Source: an uncultured Treponemataceae bacterium (GTDB taxonomy: Bacteria > Spirochaetota > Spirochaetia > Treponematales > Rectinemataceae). From it: a stretch of 64,000 nt of DNA. A program made the translations under genes and the position numbers. Location: the NCBI GenBank assembly GCA_964491385.1, contig CAZBGA010000006.1, positions 5,445-69,444 on the forward strand. The letters run 5' to 3'. Shown here piece after piece: positions 33,838 through 43,004 of the stretch (the first letter of the stretch is position 1; every line of letters starts with the position of its first letter). The notes beneath the pieces are model-generated. The model was not told the origin of the DNA and searched no databases. It worked only from the letters and a program-made list of their open reading frames with translations.

Positions 33838-34863
33838 TCACTGGTTCTGGAAATCCTTGAGATTATCGCGAGTCACCTTCTGGTAGGGGACGAACGCGTA
33901 CTTGGAGTCCGATAGCGCCCAGCCGGCGGCACCCGGATCGTTGCCCATGGCGAGGGCGTAGGCGAGGTCGAAGGCGGCCCTGCCCTGGCTGGCGGCGTCG
34001 CCACGCACCGTGCCTAGGAGGCTGCCGTCCGAGATCGCGTCGAGGGCGAAGCGAGTGCCGTCGACTCCGACTACGGGCACATAGTCGCCCCCGCTCCCCT
34101 TGAAATAGCCGGCTACTTTCAGCGCCTCGATGGCGCCGAGGGCCATCTCGTCGTTCGCGCAGAGCACTGCCTCTATTCGTTTGGCGCCGATAGCCGCGAT
34201 TACGACGGCCATTTTCTGCTGGGCCTCGACTCTCGTCCAATTGGCGCTCACCTCGGTGAGCTTTACGGCCTTGAGGCCGGCCGCGTCGAAGGCCTTCTGC
34301 CTGTTAGCGTCGCTGACAAGCGAAGCCTCGTGGTTTGAGTCGCCCCTGATGAGGACATACTCGATCTTTCCGTCCTGGTCCCTGTCGGCCTCGGGATGGG
34401 CCTTCCAGTAGTCCGCGAGGATCTGGACTTGGAGGGCGTCCGCCTCCTCGGTCTTTACGCCTACGAAATAGGCCTTGTCCCACATATTGATGGCGACCGT
34501 CGAGGGGTCCCGGCTGAAGAAGACGACCGGTACGTCGGCCGCCTTGGCCTTGAACACCAGGGAACCGACGACGGAAAGGTCGACGGGATTCACGATGATC
34601 GCCTTCGCCTTATCGAGGAGGAGGGCGTCGACCTGCTCGTTCTGGATCGTCTGCTGGTTCTGGCCGTCCAGGACGGAGAGTACCGCCTTGCCCGTCGACT
34701 CTGTCTCGAGGGCGCGCCTGGCGGCCCCTACGAAGCTGTCGTCGACGCTGAACACGGCGACGCCGATACGCGGCTTCCCGCCCGACGGATCGCATCCGGG
34801 AAGGAGCAGGCAGAACGAGGCGGTCAGGGCTAAAACGGATAGTGCGATTGTCGCGCGTTTCAT
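33838..34863 (-). CDS. periplasmic sugar-binding lipoprotein (MglB/RbsB type I PBP), orphan
   Basis: Lipobox LLLPGC. IGVAVFSVDDSFV..., VPVVFFSRD. No ABC permease or ATPase gene is adjacent. Confidence 0.75.
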   Translation of the reverse strand: MKRATIALSVLALTASFCLLLPGCDPSGGKPRIGVAVFSVDDSFVGAARRALETESTGKAVLSVLDGQNQQTIQNEQVDALLLDKAKAIIVNPVDLSVVGSLVFKAKAADVPVVFFSRDPSTVAINMWDKAYFVGVKTEEADALQVQILADYWKAHPEADRDQDGKIEYVLIRGDSNHEASLVSDANRQKAFDAAGLKAVKLTEVSANWTRVEAQQKMAVVIAAIGAKRIEAVLCANDEMALGAIEALKVAGYFKGSGGDYVPVVGVDGTRFALDAISDGSLLGTVRGDAASQGRAAFDLAYALAMGNDPGAAGWALSDSKYAFVPYQKVTRDNLKDFQNQ

Positions 34864-34950
34864 GGTAGAAGGATTTTAGCATGAGGAGTTGCCCTTGTCC
34901 TCCTAAAACAATGAGAACCTCTTGGCAGGCCTCATCCTGCAGCCAAGCGA

Positions 34951-34979
34951 TTGCCTCACTTGGCGATACATGGCACAAT
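34951..34979 (+). promoter_or_regulatory. TTGCCT-17 nt-CACAAT promoter; the ATG follows the -10 by 6 nt (leaderless candidate)
   Basis: -35 at 34951-34956, -10 at 34974-34979, ATG at 34986. No Shine-Dalgarno. Confidence 0.3.
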
Positions 34980-34985
34980 GGTCCC

Positions 34986-35546
34986 ATGGGCAAAGCATAC
35001 GCGGTATTTTCAGCCATAGGCGCCGACAGAGTGGGCATAGTCGACGACCTCTCGGGCATCGTGTCCGATAGCGGAGGCAACATCGAAGCGAGCAAGATGG
35101 CCGTCCTGGGCGGCGAGTTCGCCGTGATCATGCTCGTCTCCATGGAGTCCCGGGCGTTGGATGCCCTAACCGCCCGGACCAAGGATATCGAGGTCCGGCT
35201 CTCGCTCAAACTCGGAGTCGAGCGCACTCGCGAAAGTCCCACGCGCGATAGCTCGGTCTCCGCGCGCGGGAGGCCCTACGTACTCGAGACCGTCTCCCTC
35301 GACGGAAGGGGTATAGTGCACTCCGTGAGCGCCGTGCTGCGGAGACACGGCATAAACATCGAGGACCTCGAGACGAGGACGGAGCGGGCGCCGCTGACGG
35401 GCGCCCCACTCTTCAGGATGAAGGCGAGCGTGGTCCTCGGCCAGGGCGTCGCGATCGGCGCGCTCAGGCGGGAGCTGGAGGAGCTCCAGGTCGCCCAGGA
35501 TCTTGATATTCTCCTCATGCCCCTCGTTCCGACCAGGATGGATTGA
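34986..35546 (+). CDS. tandem-ACT-domain protein (GcvR-like)
   Basis: AVFSAIGADRVGIVDDLSGIVSDSGGNIEASKMAVLGGEF and a second ACT LETVSLDGRGIVHSVSAVLRRHGINIEDLET. Confidence 0.7.
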   Translation: MGKAYAVFSAIGADRVGIVDDLSGIVSDSGGNIEASKMAVLGGEFAVIMLVSMESRALDALTARTKDIEVRLSLKLGVERTRESPTRDSSVSARGRPYVLETVSLDGRGIVHSVSAVLRRHGINIEDLETRTERAPLTGAPLFRMKASVVLGQGVAIGALRRELEELQVAQDLDILLMPLVPTRMD

Positions 35547-35551
35547 GGCAG

Positions 35552-36529
35552 ATGAAGCGGAAGCGAAAGAACTGTGCCTTCATCGCGATCCTGATCGGCG
35601 CCTCGATGCTGCTCGGCCTCGCGTCATGCGCGTCGACCGGCCCGAGCCCGGTCGCGCAGGAGTGGTTCGATCTCGGAAACGCCTGGCTCGAGAAGGGCGA
35701 CTGGAAAAAGGCCGGGCAGGCCTATTCCCATGCCCTGACCCTCGATCCATCCTTCGCCGGGGCGTCCTATAACCTGGCGCGCGCCCTTACCGAGTCGGGC
35801 GATTACGACAGGGCTCTCAAGGTCCTGGATATCCTCGCCGCGCGCGATCCCGACAACGTCGACATTATCGCGGCCCGCGCCTATGCGTTCTATAAGAAAG
35901 GCGACGCTAAAGCCGCCCTTGCCGCGTATCGCGAACTGCTGGCACTCGACGCCTACGCGCCCGACGCCGTGTACAACGCCGCCCTCCTCGAGCTCGCTTC
36001 GGGCGACGCATCCGCGGCCATTGCCGATCTCGAGCGCCTTACTTCCGCCAAGCCGGACGACGGGCAGGCATTTCTCCTTCTCGGGCGGGCGATCGATCGA
36101 CGCGCCTCGAACGCTGCCGCGGTCGCGAAGGCGCCCGCGGCAGCTGAGGGAGGAGCGGCGACCCTGGACGAGTCGGATGCCTCGGCCCTCGCGGCCTACG
36201 AGAAGGCCAAGACCCTCGGCAAGACGGACGCGGATGCGCTCGTGCGGATGAGCCAGCTCTACGAGAAGACGAGGCGCTTCTCGGAGGCGATGGACGCGCT
36301 CGAAGCGGCCCTCAAGGCGGACCCCAAAAGGGCCGCCGCAGCCTTCTCCCTCGCGCGCCTTCGGCTCGTGGTCGCGGATGACGCCGAGAAAGGCCTAGCT
36401 GCCCTCAAAGTCGCGCTTGACGCCGGCTTCTCCGACAAGGACGCGGCCTCCGCCCTTCTCGCGGAACCCGATCTTCCCGAACGCCAGAAAGTCTTCGACC
36501 TGTTGAAAACCAAGGGCCTAACCGAATGA
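35552..36529 (+). CDS. TPR-repeat lipoprotein
   Basis: Lipobox LLGLASC. Repeated TPR consensus (W..LGNAWLEKGDWKKAGQAYSHALTLDP, ASYNLARAL...). Start is either the TTG at 35543 or the ATG at 35552. Confidence 0.75.
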   Translation: MKRKRKNCAFIAILIGASMLLGLASCASTGPSPVAQEWFDLGNAWLEKGDWKKAGQAYSHALTLDPSFAGASYNLARALTESGDYDRALKVLDILAARDPDNVDIIAARAYAFYKKGDAKAALAAYRELLALDAYAPDAVYNAALLELASGDASAAIADLERLTSAKPDDGQAFLLLGRAIDRRASNAAAVAKAPAAAEGGAATLDESDASALAAYEKAKTLGKTDADALVRMSQLYEKTRRFSEAMDALEAALKADPKRAAAAFSLARLRLVVADDAEKGLAALKVALDAGFSDKDAASALLAEPDLPERQKVFDLLKTKGLTE

Positions 36530-36541
36530 GCGGGTCGTAGG

Positions 36542-37315
36542 ATGAGACGATTGCTTTTCTCCGGACAGGACATCCTCCTCCCAGCCAGTTCCGATGATGT
36601 CCTGGACGCTCCGCCCGAGGCAGGCGATTCCGGAGTCCTTGGCCGCAGGGACTTCGAGCAGGACGGCGTGCGCTACGCGGCGTTCATGCTCGACGAGGCG
36701 GGGGCCGGGGCCGCCGTTGCCCTCGGCCTTCGACGGATGCCGCTTCGGGAGGCGCTCGCCGAACGGAGTCCCGAGGCTATCAAGCCCGCATTGCGCGGCA
36801 TGGCCCTTCTGCGCTGGCTCGAGACTGCGCGGTTCTGCGGCGCCTGCGGCTCTCCCCTTGAAGACGAAGAGACGGATGGTACGGACCCCGGGAGCCGCAA
36901 ATGCTCGATATGCGGCCGCGCCCATTTCCCTCGGATATCGCCTGCGGTCATCGTGCTCGTTCGCAAGGGGAAGCGTGCCTTGCTCGCCCACAATGCGCGC
37001 TTCCGGCCGGGCTTTTTCGGTCTCGTCGCTGGCTTCGTAGAAGCCGGCGAGACGCTGGAAGAGGCGGCGGCGCGCGAGGTCCGGGAAGAAGCGGGAATCG
37101 AGATACGGAATTTACGCTATATAAAGTCGCAGCCCTGGCCCTTTCCTGATTCTCTCATGGTCGCCTTCAGGGCCGAGTGGGCCTCGGGCGAGGCCAGGCC
37201 CGACGGAGTCGAGATAGGGGAGCTCCGCTGGTGCCTGCCGGCGGAGCTCCCCGAGATGCCGCCCAAGGGGAGCGTGGCTCGCTACCTGCTCGACGAGTTC
37301 GCGAAGGAAGGCTAA
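36542..37315 (+). CDS. nudC: NAD(+) diphosphatase NudC (zinc ribbon + Nudix)
   Basis: RFCGACGSPL...CSICGRAHFPRISPAVIVLV and Nudix box GFVEAGETLEEAAAREVREEAGI. Confidence 0.85.
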   Translation: MRRLLFSGQDILLPASSDDVLDAPPEAGDSGVLGRRDFEQDGVRYAAFMLDEAGAGAAVALGLRRMPLREALAERSPEAIKPALRGMALLRWLETARFCGACGSPLEDEETDGTDPGSRKCSICGRAHFPRISPAVIVLVRKGKRALLAHNARFRPGFFGLVAGFVEAGETLEEAAAREVREEAGIEIRNLRYIKSQPWPFPDSLMVAFRAEWASGEARPDGVEIGELRWCLPAELPEMPPKGSVARYLLDEFAKEG

Positions 37316-37932
37316 TCCGGCTGCCTGAGCCGCTGTTGAATGCCGAGAAGGAGGAAGCCCACCGGAAGGGCGGAGGCCGCGACGACGGCCGACCAGGAAA
37401 AGGAGAGGTCGCCTCGTGAATAAAGCGACAGGATACCGTCGACGAAGAGGCAGGCAAGGGCGGAGCCGAAGAGGACGAATGCCGCTATATTTGGACCGCG
37501 CCGCTTCGCCCTTAGGCAAAGCAGGGTGGAAAGCGCTCCGGACGCCATCGCCGCGAGACCGATGGGCAGGGCGAGGGAGAGGAACCAGCCCGAAGCCCCA
37601 GTCAGCTCATCCAGCGACCAGAGGTAAAGGAGCGAGGCGGCGCCCATCACCGGGAGGAAGAGCCTCGGCCTTCGATAGACGAGCATGGGAAAGCCGATGA
37701 GGATCCAGGCGATCGCCGAGGATGCGGCTCCGATCAGGGACCAGCCGAGAGCGCCGTTCGTGGCGTAATCGACTATGAGGTCGACCGACGCGGCCAAGCC
37801 GCAGCCAGCACCCAGTATAGCGGAGGCAAGGGCGAGGGGCTTGTCCCGGCGGTCGGCCGGGAGGGCGGCGCCGCAGCGGGGACAGGTCGTCCCTCCATCG
37901 GCTTCCGCGCCGCATTCGCTGCAGATGATCAT
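37312..37932 (-). CDS. zinc-ribbon membrane protein (N-terminal CxxC-x10-CxxC, about 5 TM segments)
   Basis: MIICSECGAEADGGTTCPRCGA followed by hydrophobic segments. RBS AGGAG. No family recognised. Confidence 0.6.
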   Translation of the reverse strand: MIICSECGAEADGGTTCPRCGAALPADRRDKPLALASAILGAGCGLAASVDLIVDYATNGALGWSLIGAASSAIAWILIGFPMLVYRRPRLFLPVMGAASLLYLWSLDELTGASGWFLSLALPIGLAAMASGALSTLLCLRAKRRGPNIAAFVLFGSALACLFVDGILSLYSRGDLSFSWSAVVAASALPVGFLLLGIQQRLRQPD

Positions 37933-37994
37933 CTAATGGGCTCCTAACGAACTTTTAGACAGGCCGAACTCGCCATATGGTGCGTACGAGCCGC

Positions 37995-39233
37995 TCATTT
38001 CGTCGCTTCTTCGGGTTTGGCCGCCCATTGGGCGAGGATCTCGACGGCCGCCGACCATTTTCTCGCCGAGGCCGAGCTCAGCGCGAAGCGCGTTTGATAG
38101 AGGATCTTGCCGACGTAGAACTCGAGCGTGCTGCGCTTGAGCACGCTGATCCCTTCGATGTCGGCTATCGGGAAGCGCAGGCGCTCGCCGAGGAAGGTCG
38201 CCAGCTCGACGCGGTCGGGATAGAGGATCAAGGTTCCGGATCGCAGCCGTCGCAGGGGGTTCATCTTTCGCCCGCGCAGGATCAGGGCCCCGGGATCGGA
38301 GAAGATGGGCCGATCGGGGCGCGCGGCCGCATCCCCTCTGATTCGAAGCTCGAAGGCGATCGCCTGCCATCGGTCCCAATCCCTGATAGTCGTGAAGACC
38401 GGCGCTTCGCCCTTCCGGGGCCTGATGCGCCCGAAGGCGTCGAGCTTGAGCGCTATTCCGCAGGCCAGGCAATTGAGGCGGGCCCCCGAGCTTCGAAGCT
38501 CTCCCAGCGCCTCGCAACGCGGGCACATGAACAATCCCAGCTCGACGTGCTCCGCGCGCCTCAGGGCCTCGAAAGGAACGCGCGCCTTCTCTTCCCAGGC
38601 GGCCTCGTCATGGGCGAGCGCGATTTCGAGTCTCGATCTTATCTCGGCGACGTCCAGGCGCTTGAGCTCCTCTGGCGCGAATGCGAGCTTGAACTCCACC
38701 TCCATGCGGCCGCGTCGACGCGCATTGGTCCAGCGCGGAAGCGATGAGTAGCCGCCTTTGATGACGGCGGCGAGCACGGGCACCTTGAGGAGCTTCAGGA
38801 GCTTGGCCGTCGAAGGGACGAGGGGGAGAGTGGTCCCGTCCCAGGTCTGCTGACCCTCGGGGAATATCCCGACGACGCCTCCGCGCCTCCGGATGACCTC
38901 GACGGTCCAGTTGACCGTCTCTATGTCGGGGATGGATTTGGACTTGGGGATCGAGCCGACCAGCCTGAGGAGCGCCCGGATGAGGCGGCTGCGCATGTTG
39001 CCGTCGCTCGTTATCCAATAGACGGGCTCGCGGAGAAAGGTGCTCAGGATGAAGGGATCGAGGACCGTGACGTGGTTCGAGACGAGGACGTACGGAGGTT
39101 TGAGTGCCTTGGCGGCCTGGGTATTCCTGCCTTCGACCCTGAAAAACAGGTGAACCCAGAGGCCATAGGTACCGCGGATCAGTCTGTTGAACCACCGGAC
39201 GTTTAGCGGGACGTAGCGCGTGCGGCCTTGCAT
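37995..39233 (-). CDS. lysophospholipid acyltransferase (PlsC-type HX4D) with a zinc-ribbon/PH-like C-terminal extension
   Basis: VSNHVTVLDPF (HX4D), IFPEGQQT, then CPRCEA...CLACG. I use the internal ATG at 39233 (GGGGAGAGCT RBS); the ORF's first ATG would abut the divergent ilvE start. Confidence 0.7.
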   Translation of the reverse strand: MQGRTRYVPLNVRWFNRLIRGTYGLWVHLFFRVEGRNTQAAKALKPPYVLVSNHVTVLDPFILSTFLREPVYWITSDGNMRSRLIRALLRLVGSIPKSKSIPDIETVNWTVEVIRRRGGVVGIFPEGQQTWDGTTLPLVPSTAKLLKLLKVPVLAAVIKGGYSSLPRWTNARRRGRMEVEFKLAFAPEELKRLDVAEIRSRLEIALAHDEAAWEEKARVPFEALRRAEHVELGLFMCPRCEALGELRSSGARLNCLACGIALKLDAFGRIRPRKGEAPVFTTIRDWDRWQAIAFELRIRGDAAARPDRPIFSDPGALILRGRKMNPLRRLRSGTLILYPDRVELATFLGERLRFPIADIEGISVLKRSTLEFYVGKILYQTRFALSSASARKWSAAVEILAQWAAKPEEATK

Positions 39234-39345
39234 AGCTCTCCCCGTCTTCGGCCCAACAGTAACTGATCTCGCGCTCCGCGGCAACGGGGCCGGCTTGCGC
39301 ATCGGCGCGGCTAGGCGATAAAGTAGCCATATTAGGGAGGGAAGC

Positions 39346-40437
39346 ATGGGTTTTTCCCTGGCGCTCTATCCGATCGCCTATCGCGCGCGCTTCGACGGCG
39401 AAGCCTGGAGAGAGGATTACGTCGAACAGCCGCATTTGACGCCCGCCGAGGAGGCGGCCCTATCCGCCAGGGAGCTCGGCGAGCTCAACGAGCGGCGCAA
39501 CGAGTTCGCCGGAGTCCCCCTCGTCAACTATACGACTCAATACGGCATGGGCTGCTTCGAGGGCCTCAAGGCCTTTCCCCAGAAGGGACCCCGGACGGGA
39601 GGCGAGATCAGGCTATTCCGCCCCGACGAGAATGCCGCGCGCTTCGCGAGATCGATGAAGGGCCTCGGGATGCCGGGCTTTCCCGAGGATCTGTTCCTTC
39701 GCGCCTGCCTCGAGGTTACGGCGCGCAATGCGGCCCTGGGCTTCAGGCCCCCATACGAAGCCGAATGGGAGCGGGGAGGCTTCGCCGACGCGAGCGCGGT
39801 CTACCTGAGGCCATTCTCGTACGCCGAAGGCGGGATCGGCGTCGGCATCTCCGAGAGGCCGAGCGTATTCATCGTCGCCAATCCCGTGGGCTCCTACTTC
39901 AAGCCGGGTTCTTCCTCCGCGATCACTTCCGGGCGCATTCGGGCGACGCCCAACGGTACCGGCTGGATCAAGTGCGACGCCAATTACGTCATCTCCGCCC
40001 TGGCGAAGAAGGAGGCGGAGAACGCGGGCTATATGGAGGTTCTCTTCCTCGATGCGCGCGAGCGCCGCTACGTCGAGGAGGGCTCCTCCTGCAACGCCTT
40101 CTTCTACCTGAAGTCGGGCGAGCTCGTCACGCCGGAGCTCGGCGACACGGTGCTCCCCGGCATAACGCGAAAGAGCGTCGTCGAGCTCGCCCGCTCCCGG
40201 GGCGTCAAGGTCACGGAGCGCCGGATTGCCATCGAGGAGGTCCTCGCCGACGCTAGGGAGGTCTTCTTCACCGGTACCGCGGCGGGCGTCACCTTTGTCG
40301 AGTCCGTCACCCACCTCGGCAGGAAAGTGTCATTCGGCGAAAAGGCCGGCGAGCTCACCGCGGCGCTCGGGCGCGAGCTCAAAGGCATACAGTACGGAGC
40401 GGTCGCCGATACGCGGGGCTGGATGAAGAAGGCGTAA
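39346..40437 (+). CDS. ilvE: branched-chain-amino-acid aminotransferase (fold type IV, long form)
   Basis: YGMGCFEGLKAF, RLFRPDENAARFARS, GWIKCDANYV, EEGSSCNAFF, LPGITR. Confidence 0.85.
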   Translation: MGFSLALYPIAYRARFDGEAWREDYVEQPHLTPAEEAALSARELGELNERRNEFAGVPLVNYTTQYGMGCFEGLKAFPQKGPRTGGEIRLFRPDENAARFARSMKGLGMPGFPEDLFLRACLEVTARNAALGFRPPYEAEWERGGFADASAVYLRPFSYAEGGIGVGISERPSVFIVANPVGSYFKPGSSSAITSGRIRATPNGTGWIKCDANYVISALAKKEAENAGYMEVLFLDARERRYVEEGSSCNAFFYLKSGELVTPELGDTVLPGITRKSVVELARSRGVKVTERRIAIEEVLADAREVFFTGTAAGVTFVESVTHLGRKVSFGEKAGELTAALGRELKGIQYGAVADTRGWMKKA

Positions 40438-40461
40438 TCGAGAATCGCGAGCGGGGGATCG

Positions 40462-42786
40462 ATGACCAAGACGGTTCTCGCGAACGGGATGTCCGTGGTC
40501 GAGATACCGGAAACCGGGCTCTCGATCCTCTGCGGGTGTCCCGAGAATGCGGTCAAATTCCTTTTCAAGGGCGGACTGATACGCGAGATCGAGCGGAACG
40601 GGGTACGCTTCGAGACGGGCCCGAACGCCATCCTCCTCTCCGAGATGCCGGTGCAGGGAGGTCGCTTCCGCAACCTCAGCGAGTTTCCCGTGCTTCAGAT
40701 GCTTTATCGCCAGGGGATGATCATCCCCGGGCATCCGAACAACACCGGGATTCGACCTATGATCATAGGCATGCGCGATCAGGTCGAAGCGCAAAGCCGC
40801 TATATCTATTCGGGGAACTACGGGCTATCCACGGTCGAGGAGCTCGAGGGCGCGGGCCTCGGCCGGGATAGGGCGGAAGAGTTCCTGAGAATGAAGCTCT
40901 GGTTCGCCTTCGGCTCGATCAAGAAGACGGAGGAGCTGCTGGATCTGCGAGTCTTCGACGGCCACGCCATCGAGCTTCGCGACGGAGCCTTCGTGCGAAG
41001 GATCGGCCAGAACCGCTACGAGTTCCTTTACGCGGGACAGACGGCGAGCGTCGACCTCGACCCAGGCCATTCCGGCGCCGGCGACCGCAAGCTTCCCTAC
41101 GAACTTCCGCGCAGCGCGATCTCTCGAGCCTATTTCTCGGTCGTCCATATCGGCGAAGGCGACGGCTGGGATCCGGACAGGCCCTGCATGGCCTCGCTCG
41201 TCTGCTTCCGAGGCGATTTTTACCTCGTCGACGCCGGGCCGGATATCGAGGCGAGCCTCGAAGCTCTCGGGCTCGGAATAGGCGATCTAAGAGGGATCTT
41301 CCACACTCATGCGCACGACGATCATTTCGTCGGCCTGACCGCCCTTCTGCGGAGGGATCGGAGGCTCGCGTACTACGCGGTGCCGTGGGTGCGCGCATCG
41401 GTAGAGGCCAAGTTCCGCGCGCTGACGGGAATTGGGGCGAGGGAATTCCGCCGATATTTCAATGTCCGAGACCTCGAGGAGGGCCGGTGGAACGACCTGG
41501 ACGGGCTGGAAGTCCTGCCTATCATGTCGCCCCATCCCGTCGAGACGACCACCTTCCGCTTCCGGGCCCGCGGGGAGGGCGGCTCTCGAAGCTACGCTCA
41601 CCTGGCGGACCTCGCGTCCTTCGCCGTCCTCGACTCGATGATCGTCGAGGATCGCTCTCTGCCGGGCGTCTCGGCGGACCTCGCCGCAAGGACGAAGTCC
41701 GCCTACCTCGAGCCGGCCGACGTGAAGAAGGTGGACGTCGGAGGCGGCATGATCCACGGCTCGGCGGCGGACTTCGCGATGGACGAATCCGGGCGCATCC
41801 TTCTCAGCCACACTTCGTCCCCGGCCCCGGTCGAACCCGGAGGAAGGACAACCGTAGCCCTTTTCGGAGAGGAGGACGTCCTCATCGCGCGCGGCAACGT
41901 CCTACCGTCGGTCGCTCTCGGGCGGGCCGAGGAGGGTGGGACTCCGGTCGATATCGGATCGACGGTAGGATCCGAGGGGATCTTGGCCTTCCTCGAGCGG
42001 ATACCTCCCTTCTCGGAGATGGCTCTCGAGGGGGGGCGGGGCGCCCTCGAGACGATAGCTTCCATGGCTCGGCTCGAGCGCCTGCCCGCGGGACGAAGCC
42101 TCATCGAGGGCGAAGAGGCCGCGCTCTGCCTGTTCGCCCTCGGTCGCGCGCGGGTGACGGCCGGGGGAAGGACCGTCGGCTCTCTCGGGCCCGGGGACGT
42201 CTTCGGCGAGGAAGGAATACTCGTTGATGGCCGCTGCCTATTCGACGCCATCGCGCTCGAGCCCCTAGAGCTGTACCGCGTCCCTTCGGAGGCGATCGAA
42301 GGGAGGCCCATCCTCCTGTGGAGGCTCCGCGAGAAGCTCGAGAGCAGACTTTCCGTGGTCAAGAACGTGTTCGATTTTTCCTGGCGCCCCGCGTACTCCG
42401 TGGGCGAGCCGGCGATCGACGGGCAGCACGTCGAGCTGTTCGCCCTCATAGGAAGGCTAGACATGGCCATATGGCGCCCCGAGTCCTGTCCCGACGCCCC
42501 TGGCCTCGTCGCGGAGCTCATCGAATTCGCGAAGCTCCACTTCGCGACCGAGGAAGGATTCATGCGCAGAGGAGGCTATCCCGAGCTCGCCGCCCACTCG
42601 CGGGAGCACGAGTCCCTCCTCCGCGACGCGACGGCCTACCGCGCGCGCATCGACTGCGGGGACGCGGAGGCGATCGAGGAGCTCGACAGTTTCCTTAAGG
42701 ATTGGGCGCTCAAGCATACCCTCCTCGCCGACAGGCAATACATCTCCTACCTTCCCGCCTCACGCGCCTACGTCAGCGGCTCCTGA
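40462..42786 (+). CDS. multidomain protein: unknown ~230-aa N-domain - metallo-beta-lactamase fold - cyclic-nucleotide-binding domain - hemerythrin domain
   Basis: HTHAHDDHFVG (HxHxDH). CAP_ED-like GPGDVFGEEGILVDGRCLFDAIALEP. Hemerythrin ligand pattern IDGQH...HFATEE...HSREHE...WALKHTLLADRQY. Confidence 0.75.
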   Translation: MTKTVLANGMSVVEIPETGLSILCGCPENAVKFLFKGGLIREIERNGVRFETGPNAILLSEMPVQGGRFRNLSEFPVLQMLYRQGMIIPGHPNNTGIRPMIIGMRDQVEAQSRYIYSGNYGLSTVEELEGAGLGRDRAEEFLRMKLWFAFGSIKKTEELLDLRVFDGHAIELRDGAFVRRIGQNRYEFLYAGQTASVDLDPGHSGAGDRKLPYELPRSAISRAYFSVVHIGEGDGWDPDRPCMASLVCFRGDFYLVDAGPDIEASLEALGLGIGDLRGIFHTHAHDDHFVGLTALLRRDRRLAYYAVPWVRASVEAKFRALTGIGAREFRRYFNVRDLEEGRWNDLDGLEVLPIMSPHPVETTTFRFRARGEGGSRSYAHLADLASFAVLDSMIVEDRSLPGVSADLAARTKSAYLEPADVKKVDVGGGMIHGSAADFAMDESGRILLSHTSSPAPVEPGGRTTVALFGEEDVLIARGNVLPSVALGRAEEGGTPVDIGSTVGSEGILAFLERIPPFSEMALEGGRGALETIASMARLERLPAGRSLIEGEEAALCLFALGRARVTAGGRTVGSLGPGDVFGEEGILVDGRCLFDAIALEPLELYRVPSEAIEGRPILLWRLREKLESRLSVVKNVFDFSWRPAYSVGEPAIDGQHVELFALIGRLDMAIWRPESCPDAPGLVAELIEFAKLHFATEEGFMRRGGYPELAAHSREHESLLRDATAYRARIDCGDAEAIEELDSFLKDWALKHTLLADRQYISYLPASRAYVSGS

Positions 42787-43004
42787 CGGAGGCATGAAGG
42801 TCTTGACCGCGGGGCGGGGCTCGTCCTGCCGCAAGGTCCTTCGTTCGCCCGGCCCGCTTTGGCCGTTGCCTTGACGGCGCCTCGTTTGTTTATATCGGGA
42901 CCGAGCGCCGCCGAGGCGTCGAGCGCGAGCCGCACGCGGCAACGCCGGAGTAAGGACGTCGCGCGATGCACAGCGTACAAAGCGTACAAGTTGAGGGGCG
43001 AGGG

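Noticed and set aside
42972-42989. Tandem direct repeat AGCGTACAA x2 upstream of the smr gene
   Set aside because: It is too short to distinguish from chance and has no further copies in the window.
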